DNA of 64,000 nucleotides. Origin: Eledone cirrhosa. Taxonomy: Eukaryota. Positions 42,450-55,789 of the stretch are shown here, piece after piece. The stretch covers positions 13,454,001 to 13,518,000 of the forward strand of contig OZ024763.1 in NCBI GenBank assembly GCA_964016885.1, in the 5' to 3' direction. The notes under the pieces were generated by a model that saw nothing but the letters and a program-made list of their open reading frames with translations, was not told where the DNA came from and searched no databases. The position numbers were made by a program, and so were the translations under genes. Every line of letters begins with the position of its first letter. Positions within the stretch are counted from its first letter, which is position 1.

Positions 42450-42534
42450 GGTCCGACGAGCTTTTGATTCCAGAGTCGGACCAGATCGATACAGATCAAA
42501 GCTTGAGCTGATCAATAGCGAAACGTGTGGCACC
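42450..42534 (+). ncRNA. Degenerate hammerhead motif with extended stem II, inside a fold-back remnant
   Basis: ggt-CCGACGA(42453)-gct...agc-GAAAC(42520)-gtgt-GGC-acc-aataaa; the inverted arm retains GAAAC-gctc-GTC. Confidence 0.45.
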
Positions 42535-42741
42535 AGTCAATAAACGTATTGAAGGCTTAACAAATTGTCCTAGCATTATAAAGTACCAGTAATGTACTGG
42601 GGTAATTTGCTGGCCTTGTGCCAAAAGTAGAAACAATTATTATATTACTCTCTGTCTAGCTCTACACCTCGATACTGACGTGGACCTAGACATCGAGTGC
42701 TCACCTGGGTGAACCTACAGTAACTTCCTGTTACACTCCCT

Positions 42742-42797
<56 letters not shown>

Positions 42798-42819
42798 AGG
42801 GAGTGTAACAGGATGTATA

Positions 42820-42870
<51 letters not shown>

Positions 42871-42953
42871 GTTTTAATATAGATGAGATTCTACAGGACT
42901 AGAACTGTTTCATTCATTATGTGGTTACCTCCGATTCAACCCGGAATAACGTA

Positions 42954-43805
<852 letters not shown>

Positions 43806-44131
43806 GTAGATTGGGAGAGCAGTAGACGGATAGAAATTTTTGTTTGTGTATATATATATATATGTTAAGAGAGAGGGGAAGAAAAAGCCAAAGTGCGACA
43901 GAGGGGGAGAGAGAGAGAGTCAAAGTGTGTGTATATGTGTGTTAGAGAGAGAGAGAGTGTGTGGGCGACAGACAGAGTTTGTATACATTACAGTATGAAC
44001 CAGTAATGGGCCACCGACTGTATAACAACGTGAGTAAAACCCAATATTTAGAGTTACTTCCCCTGTTCTGTGAGCCACCTTCACGACCTCAACAGCGTCA
44101 AAGTGAACTGTTTGTATTTTGAGGGTTAAAA

Positions 44132-44215
44132 ATGCCACTAAATTTATCGGAAAAATTAACAACTAAAAAGGTCGATATTCACAATTACATCGATGCCCAT
44201 ATTATTGAAATCAGG
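44132..44215 (+). CDS. C3orf33: C3orf33-like exon 1 (MPLNLSEKLTTKKVDIHNYIDAHIIEIR)
   Basis: ATG at 44132, donor AGG|gtaaga; aligns to the recalled human ...WADDHLRLVR segment. Confidence 0.75.
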
Positions 44216-44510
44216 GTAAGATACTATTAAATGATTATTGATATAAATTAGTTAATAGTTTTAATGGTGTGTTTAGTTTAGGAGCAGTGAATGAAAATAT
44301 TTTACCCCATTATTTATTTATTTATACCTGTATATCGTTTCATTTTCATAAATCATAAGTCGGTATGTGTTTACACATATATATTTATATCGTATATAGT
44401 TGTTGTTTTGGTGGGTCCTTAGCAGGTAAACGGCGATCTTTTGTATCAGGTCTCAGCAATGTAAACAATGATTTTAGCAGTTTCCTCCGAAATTTTCGCT
44501 TTCGTAGTCG

Positions 44511-44554
<44 letters not shown>

Positions 44555-44773
44555 CGTAAATCACAGATTGGCCGATCACGCACACGCACATACACACACA
44601 CACAGAAATATATATAATATATACATAAATAATGTTTTTCTGGGTGGGATCGAAAGAAACTGACAGTTAAATAAGATACTCAATACGTTAGTCGAGAAGA
44701 ACCATCTTTATTTTATACAGAAATGACTTCTACAGGACTAGAACTGTTTCATAGCTGTAAAATCATTTCTATA

Positions 44774-44820
<47 letters not shown>

Positions 44821-45363
44821 GATAAATATATATCCTAGAAACACATATATATCCTAGAAACGATCGTTAAATAATGAACTTTTTTTGTTTAATATAAGGA
44901 ACTGTCTCATTGTTTATTCATTATTTGTTTAATATTTTATATATATATATATATATATATACATAGGTGGGTGTACGTGTGTGTGTGTATACGTGTTTGT
45001 GTGTACATATATGTGTGTGTACATGTGTGTGTGTGTGTGTATACGTGTTTGTGTGTACATATATGTGTGTGTACATGTGTGTGTGTGTGTGTGTGTTATA
45101 CGACGAGCTTGCCGGTAATGAAAGGAAAACAGAAAATAACGCCCGTGTAAAACAATTGCCGAAATCATTGTTGACATTGCCTAGGGTCTAGGGCCCAAGA
45201 CTTAAAACGAAGGATCCCACTATATTTTTTCTGGGGAATATGAGGAGCAAATCCGTTAACTTTTCTTTGTCTGTCCTTTGGCATTGACCCTTATAACAGC
45301 AATGTTACCTATGTCCTTGAGGAAGCCACGAATATCGCGAGCTAACGTGAAAGATGTTCTACC

Positions 45364-45366
<3 letters not shown>

Positions 45367-45401
<35 letters not shown>

Positions 45402-47460
45402 AATTATTGTGTACAGTGCTCAGGTGCACTACAACTCGTCAAAGGTGCATGTATAGTACATAGAATAATATACAAATGTCAGGGAAGTGAATAGTGTATG
45501 AGTCATGATATACATGTGTGTCTGTGTATGGAGGGGGAGCATTAGGTGTAGTGTTGGCGAATCTCGGGAAGCATGGAGGTTTTAAAGGATGCAGTGTCTC
45601 GACAGCTAACAACTGATGCAGGTAGTTTGTTCCATGGAGGTTTTAAAGGATGCAGTGTCTCGACAGCTAACAACTGATGCAGGTAGTTTGTTCCATGGAG
45701 GTTTTAAAGGATGCAGTGTCTCGACAGCTAACAACTGACGCAGGTAGTTTGTTCCATGGAGGTTTTAAAGGATGCAGTGTCTCGACAGCTAACAACTGAC
45801 GCAGGTAGTTTGTTCCATGGAGGTTTTAAAGGATGCAGTGTCTCGACAGCTAACAACTGACGCAGGTAGTTTGTTCCATGGAGGTTTTAAAGGATGCAGT
45901 GTCTCGACAGCTAACAACTGATGCAGGTAGTTTGTTCCATGGAGGTTTTAAAGGATGCAGTGTCTCGACAGCTAACAACTGGTGCAGGTAGTTTGTTCCA
46001 TGGAGGTTTTAAAGGATGCAGTGTCTCGACAGCTAACAACTGATGCAGGTAGTTTGTTCCATGGAGGTTTTAAAGGATGTAGTGTCTCGACAGCTAACAA
46101 CTGACGCAGGGAGTTTGTTCCATGGAGGTTTTAAAGGATGCAGTGTTTCGACAGCTAACAACTGACGCAGGGAGTTTGTTCCATGGAGGTTTTAAAGGAT
46201 GCAGTGTTTCGACAGCTAACAACTGACGCAGGGAGTTTGTTCCATGGAGGTTTTAAAGGATGCAGTGTCTCGACAGCTAACAACTGATGCAGGTAGTTTG
46301 TTCCATGGAGGTTTTAAAGGATGCAGTGTCTCGACAGCTAACAACTGACGCAGGGAGTTTGTTCCATGGAGGTTTTAAAGGATGCAGTGTCTCGACAGCT
46401 AACAACTGACGCAGGGAGTTTGTTCCATGGAGGTTTTAAAGGATGCAGTGTTTCGACAGCTAACAACTGACGCAGGGAGTTTGTTCCATGGAGGTTTTAA
46501 AGGATGCAGTGTCTCGACAGCTAACAACTGACGCAGGGAGTTTGTTCCATGGAGGTTTTAAAGGATGTAGTGTCTCGACAGCTAACAACTGACGCAGGGA
46601 GTTTGTTCCATGGAGGTTTTAAAGGATGCAGTGTTTCGACAGCTAACAACTGACGCAGGGAGTTTGTTCCATGGAGGTTTTAAAGGATGTAGTGTCTCGA
46701 CAGCTAACAACTGACGCAGGGAGTTTGTTCCATGGAGGTTTTAAAGGATGCAGTGTTTCGACAGCTAACAACTGACGCAGGGAGTTTGTTCCATGGAGGT
46801 TTTAAAGGATGCAGTGTCTCGACAGCTAACAACTGATGCAGGGAGTTTGTTCCATGGAGGTTTTAAAGGATGCAGTGTCTTGACAGCTAACAACCGATGC
46901 AGATAGTTTGTTCCATGGAGGTTTTAAAGGATGCAGTGTCTCGACAGCTAACAACCGATGCAGATAGTTTGTTCCATGGAGGTTTTAAAGGATGCAGTGT
47001 CTCGACAGCTAACAACTGATGCAGGTAGTTTGTTCCATGGGGGTTTTAAAGGATGCAGCGTCTCGACAGCTAACAACTGATGCAGGTAGTTTGTTCCATG
47101 CTTCAGCATCTCTGAGCGTGAAAAAATGTTTCCGTAAGTCATGGGAGCTGTGCTGTTTTCTGACTTTGTGGGCATGCCCACGTGTGTTAGACACATGGAA
47201 ATCAAAAAGGTACTCAGGGTTGTTGTTAGCAAGATGGTTAATAATTTTGTGGGCGTTTACCAAGTCAGCTGCCAGGCGTCGGAGCTTCAATGTATCCATG
47301 CCCAGAGAAGCAAGGCGTTCAGAGTGTGGTAGATGCCTGATGGAGGGTATTCGCTTGGTTGCACATCTCTGAACAGTTTCCAGGCGGTCAATGTTCTCAG
47401 CAAGATAGGGCTTCCAGACTGGTGCTGCAAATTCTAAGTGTGGCCGCACCATAGCCATGA
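45367..47460 (-). mobile_element. CR1/L2-type LINE 3' fragment with (ATT)n tail and internal 61-bp array
   Basis: VRPHLEFAAPVWKPY...LETVQRCATKRI; same family as 59210-60765. Confidence 0.85.
45572..47100. repeat. 61-bp tandem repeat, about 25 copies, derived from the LINE 3' end
   Basis: Unit ggaggttttaaaggatgcagtgtctcgacagctaacaactgatgcaggtagtttgttccat; present once in the sister copy at 59341-59405. Confidence 0.95.
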
Positions 47461-48070
47461 TAGTAAAGATAGTAGACACGACCTTCACCTGCTTAAATAT
47501 GGTTTCTCGATTTGGCCCAAATGCCAGCAATCGCATTGTTTGTATTAGAAAAACACCCACTCTCGATTTCTGTAGGAAATAATTATTCCCTCTCGGGACT
47601 TTCGTGCGTAAGCAACTAATATCACCTCCGAACGTGTCGCAAGCACTTTTTTTTTTTTTTTCGAAAAACAGAGGGGAGGGAGAAATCTCGGACTCACCCC
47701 ACCTGCTAATATAGTGCAAAGGACTTTTTTTCCCGGGAACAGGGAAGGAAGGCCCTCGGACTTTCACCCCCCCCCCCCACGCAGTTTTCTTTACCATTAT
47801 TGTTTTCGTGTGTTATATCATTTGTTTTTTAGTTAACTGCACCTCACGACAAATGTCGGGAGGGTTAGGGTTAAGGCTAGAGGTGGGTTTAGGTTTCAGT
47901 TTAGGGGTTAGGGTTAGTGTTAGTTACGGGTTAGGGTTAGTTACGAGGTCAGATTCCTCGATAACATGCGAAATGAACTATGAAAAAATATATATATATA
48001 TATTTCTCACCAAACGAGAGAGTCGTGCACATCTGCGAAACTCCTTTTCCTTCACTTTTTTCTACATAGC

Positions 48071-48436
48071 TACTCTCGGGTCCCAAATAATGGGGGAAGG
48101 GGGATATTTGCTTAAATTCTTATAAGCGGGGGAGGGGAAGGTGGATTCGGTAATTGTATAGTGTACGCTCGTAAATATGGGATTTCTTGTAATGTTCTTT
48201 ATTGTCATATATAATATTTTTTTTTAATGTAAAATAAAATAATTATTAGATTTTCCAGCTGCTGTATCAATATGAATCACTTACAATAAAATTTCACCGG
48301 AGTTAGGTTAGTAAAATTTTATAAGTGGTGGGGGTGTGTGGAATAAACGCCCGGATGAGGGAGGGAGGGTGTTGTAAAAATTTGAAATATTAATAAGCAG
48401 GCGAGGGGGGTGGGGATTATTCAAGACCTGAGAGTA
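48071..48436. mobile_element. Tc1/mariner-type MITE
   Basis: TA-bounded imperfect TIR tactctcgggtcccaaataat / attattcaagacctgagagta, with internal ataagc-gggg subrepeats. Confidence 0.6.
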
Positions 48437-48519
48437 GTCGTTTTCTACTGGTTTGGAGATCATGAAATGTGAAATGAAGTGCCTTGCTCAAGGATCCATC
48501 ATGGCAATGTGATCATGAA

Positions 48520-50097
48520 TCCAACACCCTAACCACAAGGCCACACATGGTAATGCAATCAGTTAACCCTTCTCTAATCCAACACCCTACCCACTAGGTC
48601 ACACATAGTAACGCAGTGTCAGTTAACCCTTCTTTATTACAACACCCTACCCACTAGGCCACACATGGTAACCCAGTCACCATTAACCCTTCTCTAATCC
48701 AACACCCTAACCACTAGGCCACACATGGTAACCCAGTCACCATTAACCCTTCTCTATTCCAACACCCTAACCACTAGGCCACACATGGTAACCCAGTCAC
48801 CATTAACCCTTCTCTATTCCAACACCCTACCCACTAGGCCACACATGGTAACCCAGTCTCTATTATCTCTTCTTTATTACAACACCCTACCCACTAGGCC
48901 ACACATGGTAACCCAGTCTCTATTAACTCTTCTCTATTCCAACACCCTACCCACTAGGCCACACATGGTAACCCAGTCTCTATTAACTCTTCTCTATTCC
49001 AACACCCTAACCACTAGGCCACACATGGTAACCCAGTCACCATTAACCCTTCTCTATTCCAACACCCTACCCACTAGGCCACACATGGTAACCCAGTCAC
49101 CATTAACCCTTCTCTATTCCAACACCCTACCCACTAGGCCACACATGGTAACCCAGTCTCTATTATCTCTTCTTTATTACAACACCCTACCCACTAGGCC
49201 ACACATGGTAACCCAGTCTCTATTAACTCTTCTCTATTCCAACACCCTACCCACTAGGCCACACATGGTAACCCAGTCTCTATTAACTCTTCTCTATTCC
49301 AACACCCTAACCACTAGGCCACACATGGTAACCCAGTCTCTATTATCTCTTCTTTATTACAACAGCCTACCCACTAGGCCACACATGGTAACCCAGTCAC
49401 CATTAACCCTTCTCTAATCCAACACCCTACCCACTAGGCCACACATGGTAACCCAGTCTCTATTAACTCTTCTCTATTCCAACACCCTACCCACTAGGCC
49501 ACACATGGTAACCCAGTCACCATTAACCCTTCTCTAATCCAACACCCTAACCACTAGGCCACACATGGTAACCCAGTCTATTAACTCTTCTCTATTCCAA
49601 CACCCTACCCACTAGGCCACACATGGTAACCCAGTCTCTATTAACCCTTCTCTAATCCAACACCCTAACCACTAGGCCACACATGGTAACCCAGTCACCA
49701 TTAACCCTTCTCTAATCCAACACCCTAACCACTAGGCCACACATGGTAACCCAGTCTCTATTATCTCTTCTTTATTACAACACCCTACCCACTAGGCCAC
49801 ACATGGTAACCCAGTCTCTATTAACCCTTCTCTAATCCAACACCCTAACCACTAGGCCACACATGGTAACCCAGTCTCTATTAACCCTTCTCTAATCCAA
49901 CACCCTAACTACTAGGCCACACATGGTAACCCAGTCACCATTAACTCTTCTCTAATCCAACACCCTAACCACTAGGCCACACATGGTAACCCAGTCTCTA
50001 TTATCTCTTCTTTATTACAACACCCTACCCACTAGGCCACACATGGTAACCCAGTTTCTATTATCTCTTCTTTATTACAACACCCTACCCACTAGGC
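48520..50097. repeat. 60-bp tandem repeat, about 26 copies, ending just upstream of C3orf33-like exon 2
   Basis: Unit ccaacaccctacccactaggccacacatggtaacccagtcaccattaacccttctctatt, with several variant subtypes. Confidence 0.95.
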
Positions 50098-50142
50098 AAC
50101 AAACCTTCTCCTTACTACCATTTACCCTTCTCTATTGCACAG

Positions 50143-50202
50143 AATGGTGTTTACTGTATCGGAGCAGTTGGAGTGTTGTTATGTTTGCGGAGCCTCAGGC
50201 CT
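50143..50202 (+). CDS. C3orf33: C3orf33-like exon 2 (NGVYCIGAVGVLLCLRSLRP, putative transmembrane helix)
   Basis: gcacag|AAT...CCT|gtaagt, 60 nt; resembles NISTGMAIAGIMLLLRSIRL. Confidence 0.85.
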
Positions 50203-50257
50203 GTAAGTATGAAATCCCAAATTTTCAGATATTTATAATTCTCCTCGGCTTAATATA

Positions 50258-51172
50258 ATTGCTTTTACTTTAGGCACAAGGCCGGCAATTTTGGGGGAGG
50301 GGAAAGTCGGTTAAATCGACCCCAGTACATTACTGGTACTCTATTTTATCGACCCCCGTAAAGGTGAAAGGCAAAGCTAACCTCGGCGGGATTGGCACAC
50401 ATCATGGTCCGACTCCTATCGATACTGCCAATCCATTGCTCTTGGTTTCTGATTTAGGCACAAGGTCATCAATTTGGGGAGGAGGAGGAGAAAGTCGATT
50501 AAATCGGCTCCAGTACGTTACTGGTACTTTATTTTATCAACTTGAAAAGATGAAAAGCAAGGTTTATCTTGGCAGGATTTGAACTCAGAAAGTAAAGGGC
50601 CGTAACTCTATGCCGCAAAGCATATTGTCCGACCCTCTACCGAGTCTGCCAATCTGCTGCTCTGTCCTGAGCATAATATAATTGTTTCTACTTTAGGCAC
50701 AAGGCCAGCAATTACCCAGTGTATTACTGGTACTTTATTTTATCGACCCCCGTAAGGATGAAAGGCAAAGTCAACCTCGGCGGGATTTGAACTCAGATCG
50801 TAAAGGGACGTAACTGAGCATAATATAATGGTTTATAATTTAGGTATAAGGCCAACATTTTGTGTGGAAGGGGAAAATCTATTAAATCAACCTCAGTGCA
50901 TTACTGGTACTTTATTTTATCGACCCTATAAGGATGAAAACCGAAGGTAACCTCAGCAGGATTTGTGTTCAGGGTGTAAAAGGACATAATTATATGCCAC
51001 AAAACATGTACGAAGCTCTACTGATTCTACTGCCTAACCACCACCCTAGGAATAATTGTTTCTACTTTTGCCACAAAGACATAAATTTGAACTCAGAAAC
51101 TAAAGGGCTGTAACTCTATGCCACAAAGCATGTTGTCTGACTTTCCACCACTACTGCCAATCCACCACACTT
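50258..51172 (-). mobile_element. Tandem cluster of 4-5 SINE family B copies filling C3orf33-like intron 2
   Basis: Repeated ggcacaaggcc...tactggtactttattttatcgacccc...gatttgaactcag. Confidence 0.85.
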
Positions 51173-51208
51173 GGAATAATATTATTTTTTTTTATTATAT
51201 TTTTTCAG

Positions 51209-51353
51209 TTTTCTAAATTCTCCAAGGTGGAGGAGGTTCCGATGAAGTTTATCCAGAAGAATGTGACACTGCAAGGAACGGTGAAGAAAATTGAAGAGGA
51301 GGGGAAAATATTGATTGACCATAAACCAATAGTAAAACTACCATGGCACGAAG
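51209..51353 (+). CDS. C3orf33: C3orf33-like exon 3 (FSKFSKVEEVPMKFIQKNVTLQGTVKKIEEEGKILIDHKPIVKLPWHE)
   Basis: ttttcag|TTT...GAA G|gttagt, 145 nt, phase 1; matches the KFxxxxxxPxxFIxxxVxLxG..H.P motif. Confidence 0.88.
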
Positions 51354-51827
51354 GTTAGTGGTGAAAACTTTGATATGGTAAGAGGAAGGAGACAGATGAG
51401 GGTCTTAACCCTTGAGTATTTACATTAATTTATATTTACTATTAGCTGCAGTATCCAGTAATACTCGGAAAGGTGGGGTTATTCGCAGTTCCCAGAGTGC
51501 ACCTGAAAATGCTAGCGACCCTGGGTGCCCATACTGGATTTTCAATAGCAACCTTTGCTTGGTGTGTTTATGGCAGATCAATTTTTTTGTATGGAATTAT
51601 CAATAGCTGTTTAAGTCATAACTCCTTCTTCCATCCAGCTTTCCTTCTCCATTGTAAAGATGTCCTTAGGGGTTCCATTATTGATTTTCATTGAAATCCA
51701 ATTAGCCAGTCCTGTTTCTGAATATTAGCTTAACATGTGTGTAAAATTTCATCAGGATCTGGTTATACACAGATACACAGGCAGAAATTATTATATATAT
51801 ATATATATATATATTATACATATATAT

Positions 51828-52162
51828 ATCATCATCATTTTACGTCCGCTTTTCCCTGCTTGCAAGGGTGGGACGGGAACTGATTCTGGCTTGATTTCTA
51901 CAGCTGGATGCCCTTCCTAACACCAACCTCATTTACAGTGAGTGCTGGGTGCTTTTTTTGTCGTGGCACCTCCACGACCACTTTGCAGTGGAATGATATG
52001 GATCCCAGTCCCTAGCATCTCATTTCTACAGCTGAGTAAACTGGAGCAATGTGAAATAAAGTGTCTTGCTCAAGGAAACAACACATCACCTGGTCTGAGA
52101 ATTGAACTCACAACCTTTCGATTGCAAGGCCAATGCTCTAACCACTAAACCATGTGCCTCCA
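51828..52162 (-). mobile_element. SINE family A, full length
   Basis: Same consensus; another copy at 58878-59207 (-). Confidence 0.88.
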
Positions 52163-52711
52163 TATATATATATATATATACACACACACAGAAATATCCA
52201 CGGTTACTTGTGGGGTCTAGTCTGCATGAAGAAGAAACGATCGTAAAGCAGTGAAGTATATTTCTAATGACTTGAATTTTTATTTCATTGTTTCAACTTA
52301 TATATATATATATATAGTTGTTTCTACGTTAGGCACAAGGCCAGCAATTACCCAGTGCATTACTGGTACTTTATTTTATCGACCCCCGTAAGGATGAAAG
52401 GCAAAGTCAACCTCGGCGGGATTTGAACTCAGATCGTAAAGGGATGTAACTGAGCATAATATAATGGTTTATAATTTAGGTATAAGGCCAACATTTTGAG
52501 AGGGGAGGGGAAAATCCTTGGCAGGATTTGAACTCAGAAAGGCAAGGGCCGTAACTCTATACGTCAAAGCATGGCGTCCAACCCTCTACCAATACTGCCA
52601 ATCCACCGCCCTAATTACTATCACTATATATATATAGTGATAGTAATTAGGATATTGTGATAAATGTTGTCCAATTCTATTCATTCACTTTCTCTCTCTC
52701 TCTCTCTCCAG

Positions 52712-52866
52712 ATAAACCGTGCCTCCCCATTCGGTTAGCATTCCTATCAATAGGTCCACAGAGTAGACAGTGGTTATTGAACAACATACAGAATCAACAT
52801 GTTTGGTTCCAACCAATTAAGATTTCAAATGGAGGTTTATCTATCGACTGCCTAGTTTATGAAAAG
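52712..52866 (+). CDS. C3orf33: C3orf33-like exon 4 (DKPCLPIRLAFLSIGPQSRQWLLNNIQNQHVWFQPIKISNGGLSIDCLVYEK)
   Basis: (ct)n-ccag|AT...AAG|gtaggt, 155 nt; phase compatible with exon 3; WL...WFQ motif. Confidence 0.87.
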
Positions 52867-53500
52867 GTAGGTCTGTGAATTGACTAGTGCTTACATAAAT
52901 GTTTATGTTGATTATGTGATGCGCATGGAGGATGACCGCTGGGTAAAGAAGTGCCAAGAAATCCCAGTAGGAGGAAGACGCAGTAGAGGTAGACCACATA
53001 AAACATGGGCGGAGGTGGTGAGAACAGACCTCAGATCGCTGAAGCTCACAGAGGAGATGACGAAGGACTGTGACAAGTGGAGCGATGCTGTGTTCAATAG
53101 GAGACGTTCAACCCTTGCAAGCAGGGAAAATGTTTAGATATACACAGGTGTTGTTATGTTTACAGAAATGTTTACACAGGTGTGACTATATGTTGACTAA
53201 TTTTTTACAGAAATGTTTACATGAGTGTAACTCTATATGTTGACTAATGTTTACACATGCGTAACTATATGTTAACTAATTTTTACAGAAATGTTTACAC
53301 AAGGGCAATTCTATATGTTGACTGAAATGTTTACAGAAAGGAAGTCCTAATGTTTACATAAACACAGGTCTTTCTATGTTTATAGAAATATTTACACATA
53401 TGTATCTCCCTATATTGACTGTAATGTTTACATAATCAAAAGACTAAGAAAAAGAAGAACGATTTATGTTGATTATTAAGTAGCACTCCATTGGTTATGG

Positions 53501-53823
53501 CAGAGGTTTTCAAACTTTTTGGGCCACTGCCCTCCTCATGGCTATGTAATACCCTCAGCCCCACCCTCAACCTTATTTCCTCAGAGACCTGCCTACATGA
53601 AAATTGTGAATAATATATAATAAATAAAATCGTTAATTGATATATAATAGATAATATAATATATACTATGTATAAATAAATATTATATATTTTTTATTTT
53701 ACTATATTTATATATAATATGTATCATTTGATATTTAATATACTATCATATCATCTCTACCACCCCCTGGACCGTCTGAACATATCCCTGGGAGGGCGGT
53801 AGCACCCACTTTGAGAACCTCTG
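53501..53823. mobile_element. hAT-type MITE
   Basis: TIR cagaggttttcaaa / tttgagaacctctg; 8-bp TSD ggttatgg / agttatgg (7 of 8 match). Confidence 0.8.
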
Positions 53824-55102
53824 AGTTATGGTGACGAGTGTTCCAGTTGATCTGGGAAATTAACCTGCAAGTGGCTGATAATTCCTCAGGCATATATACC
53901 CTTAATGTAGTTCTCAGGGAGATTCATCCTTATGCAGAATGTGACAAGTCTGTCCCTTTGAATTACAGGTACAACTCACTTTTGCCAGTTGAGTAAATTG
54001 GAGCAATGTGAAATTAAGTGTCTTGCTCAAGGATGTGATGCCCTACCATAAAAATGAATATTGTTTGTTTTTAATATGTTCAATACCTTCACCCCTCACC
54101 CAAGTCTTCAGCCCACACTAAAGACTGGTCGTATAGGTGTCGCTACAAAAGTACCCAGTCCACACTGTAAATGTGGTTGGCGTAAGGAAGGCTCTGTATG
54201 AGCAAGACATGGTCACCTGATTTGACTTGTCTGACAACGGGGCAACTCGTCTAACCCATCTTAGCATGGAAAATAGATGTTAAATGATTTTGATGATTAT
54301 ATATATATATCATCATCTTCGTTTAACGTCCATTTTCCACGCTAGCATGGGTTAGACGGGAGTTGTCTCACTTGAGACAAGGCTGGTCGGGTGACCGTGT
54401 CTCACTCATATAGGATTATCTGGCAGGTTTTCTATGGCTGGATGCCCTTCCTAACACCAACCACATTTACAGTGTGGAACTGGGAACTTTTTACCGTGTT
54501 ACCTACACGGTATATATATATATACACACACACACTGTAAATGTGGTTGGTGTTAGGAAGGGCATCTAGCTGTAGAAAACCTGCTAGATAGTCCTATACG
54601 AGCGAGATACGGTCACCTGACCAATCTTGTCTCAAGAGAGACAACTCCCGTCTAACCCATGCTAGCGTGGAAGATGGCCATTAAACAATGACGGTGATGA
54701 TGATGATGATACACACTGTAATGTGGTTGGTGTTGGGAGGGGCATCCAGCTGTAGAAACCAAGCCAGAAACAGTTCTGTATGAGCAAGAGATGGTCATCT
54801 GACCTGGCTTATCTCACAACGGGACAACTTGTCTAACCCATGCTAGCATGGATATTAAACAATAATTGTTTCTACTTTTGGCACAAGGCCAGGAATTACC
54901 CAGTACATTACTGGTACTTTATTTTATCGACCCCGTAAGGATGAAAGGCAAAGTTAACCTCGGCGTTTCATCCTTACGGGGGTCGATAAACAATAATGAT
55001 TATGAGTCAATGTCAAACATTATCACCTTCATTGTGATGTATCTACTTCCACATTGTTGCTGTTGCTGTTGCTGTTAATGATAGGTGTGTTTTCTTTTGT
55101 AG

Positions 55103-55375
55103 CATCTTTGGCGAAAGGTCAACATTAACGAGAAGATGCTGATCTCAGGTAACAGCAAGCTCGAGGAGAATATCAACCTTCCCGTATATTCGAAATATAC
55201 GAAATATGTGGCCGACCTTGTCAAACTGGAGAGCAAAGCTGACAAGAAAGGTGTTGGAATCTGGGCTCAGGAGAAAGAAGACAAGGGGTTACTGAAAATA
55301 ATCAAAAACTTTTTCAAAATGGCTGTAGATGGCTATAAATCTCTGAGCAGCAAAATTTCTCAAAAAGCAAGCTAA
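55103..55375 (+). CDS. C3orf33: C3orf33-like last exon (HLWRKVNINEKMLISG...ESKADKKGVGIWAQE...stop); SNase/thermonuclease-like C-terminus
   Basis: ttttgtag|CAT, in frame with ORF 55136-55375; NxNExxL..G and E..A.KKG.GIW motifs. Spliced CDS is 717 nt (238 aa plus stop). Confidence 0.88.
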   Translation, partial: HLWRKVNINEKMLISGNSKLEENINLPVYSKYTKYVADLVKLESKADKKGVGIWAQEKEDKGLLKIIKNFFKMAVDGYKSLSSKISQKAS

Positions 55376-55789
55376 AACAATTGTTGTTGTTATTATTATT
55401 GTTGTTGGGTTGGCAGTATCAGTAGAGGGTTGGACACTATGCTTTGCAGCATCGAGTTACGGCCCTTTATGGTCTGAGTTCAAATCCCGCCGAGGTTAAC
55501 TTTGCCTTTCATCCTTACGGGGTCGATAAAATAAAGCACCAGTAATGCACTGGGGTCGATTTAATCAACTTTCCCCCTCCCCCAAAATTACTGGCCTTGT
55601 GTCTATATGAGAAACCTTTCATCTTTACAGGGTTGATATAATAAAGTACCAGTAATGCACTAAGGTCGACTTAATTGAATCTCCCCTTCCCTTCAAGTTT
55701 CTGGCCTTGTGCCAAATATAGAAATAGTTAATACTGTTGTTGTTGTTGTTAGGTGGAGCGTCAGACACAATGGTTGTGGTGTTTAGTTA

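Noticed and set aside
47861-47943. True telomere
   Set aside because: Short, degenerate and internal to an intron.
48725-49417. 230-aa ORF of 20-aa repeats (MVTQSPLTLLYSNTL...)
   Set aside because: Consequence of a 60-bp period; neighbouring units contain stops and indels; it is intronic.
45572-50097. CRISPR-like regular arrays (61-bp and 60-bp)
   Set aside because: Head-to-tail units with no unique spacers, eukaryotic context, no cas genes.
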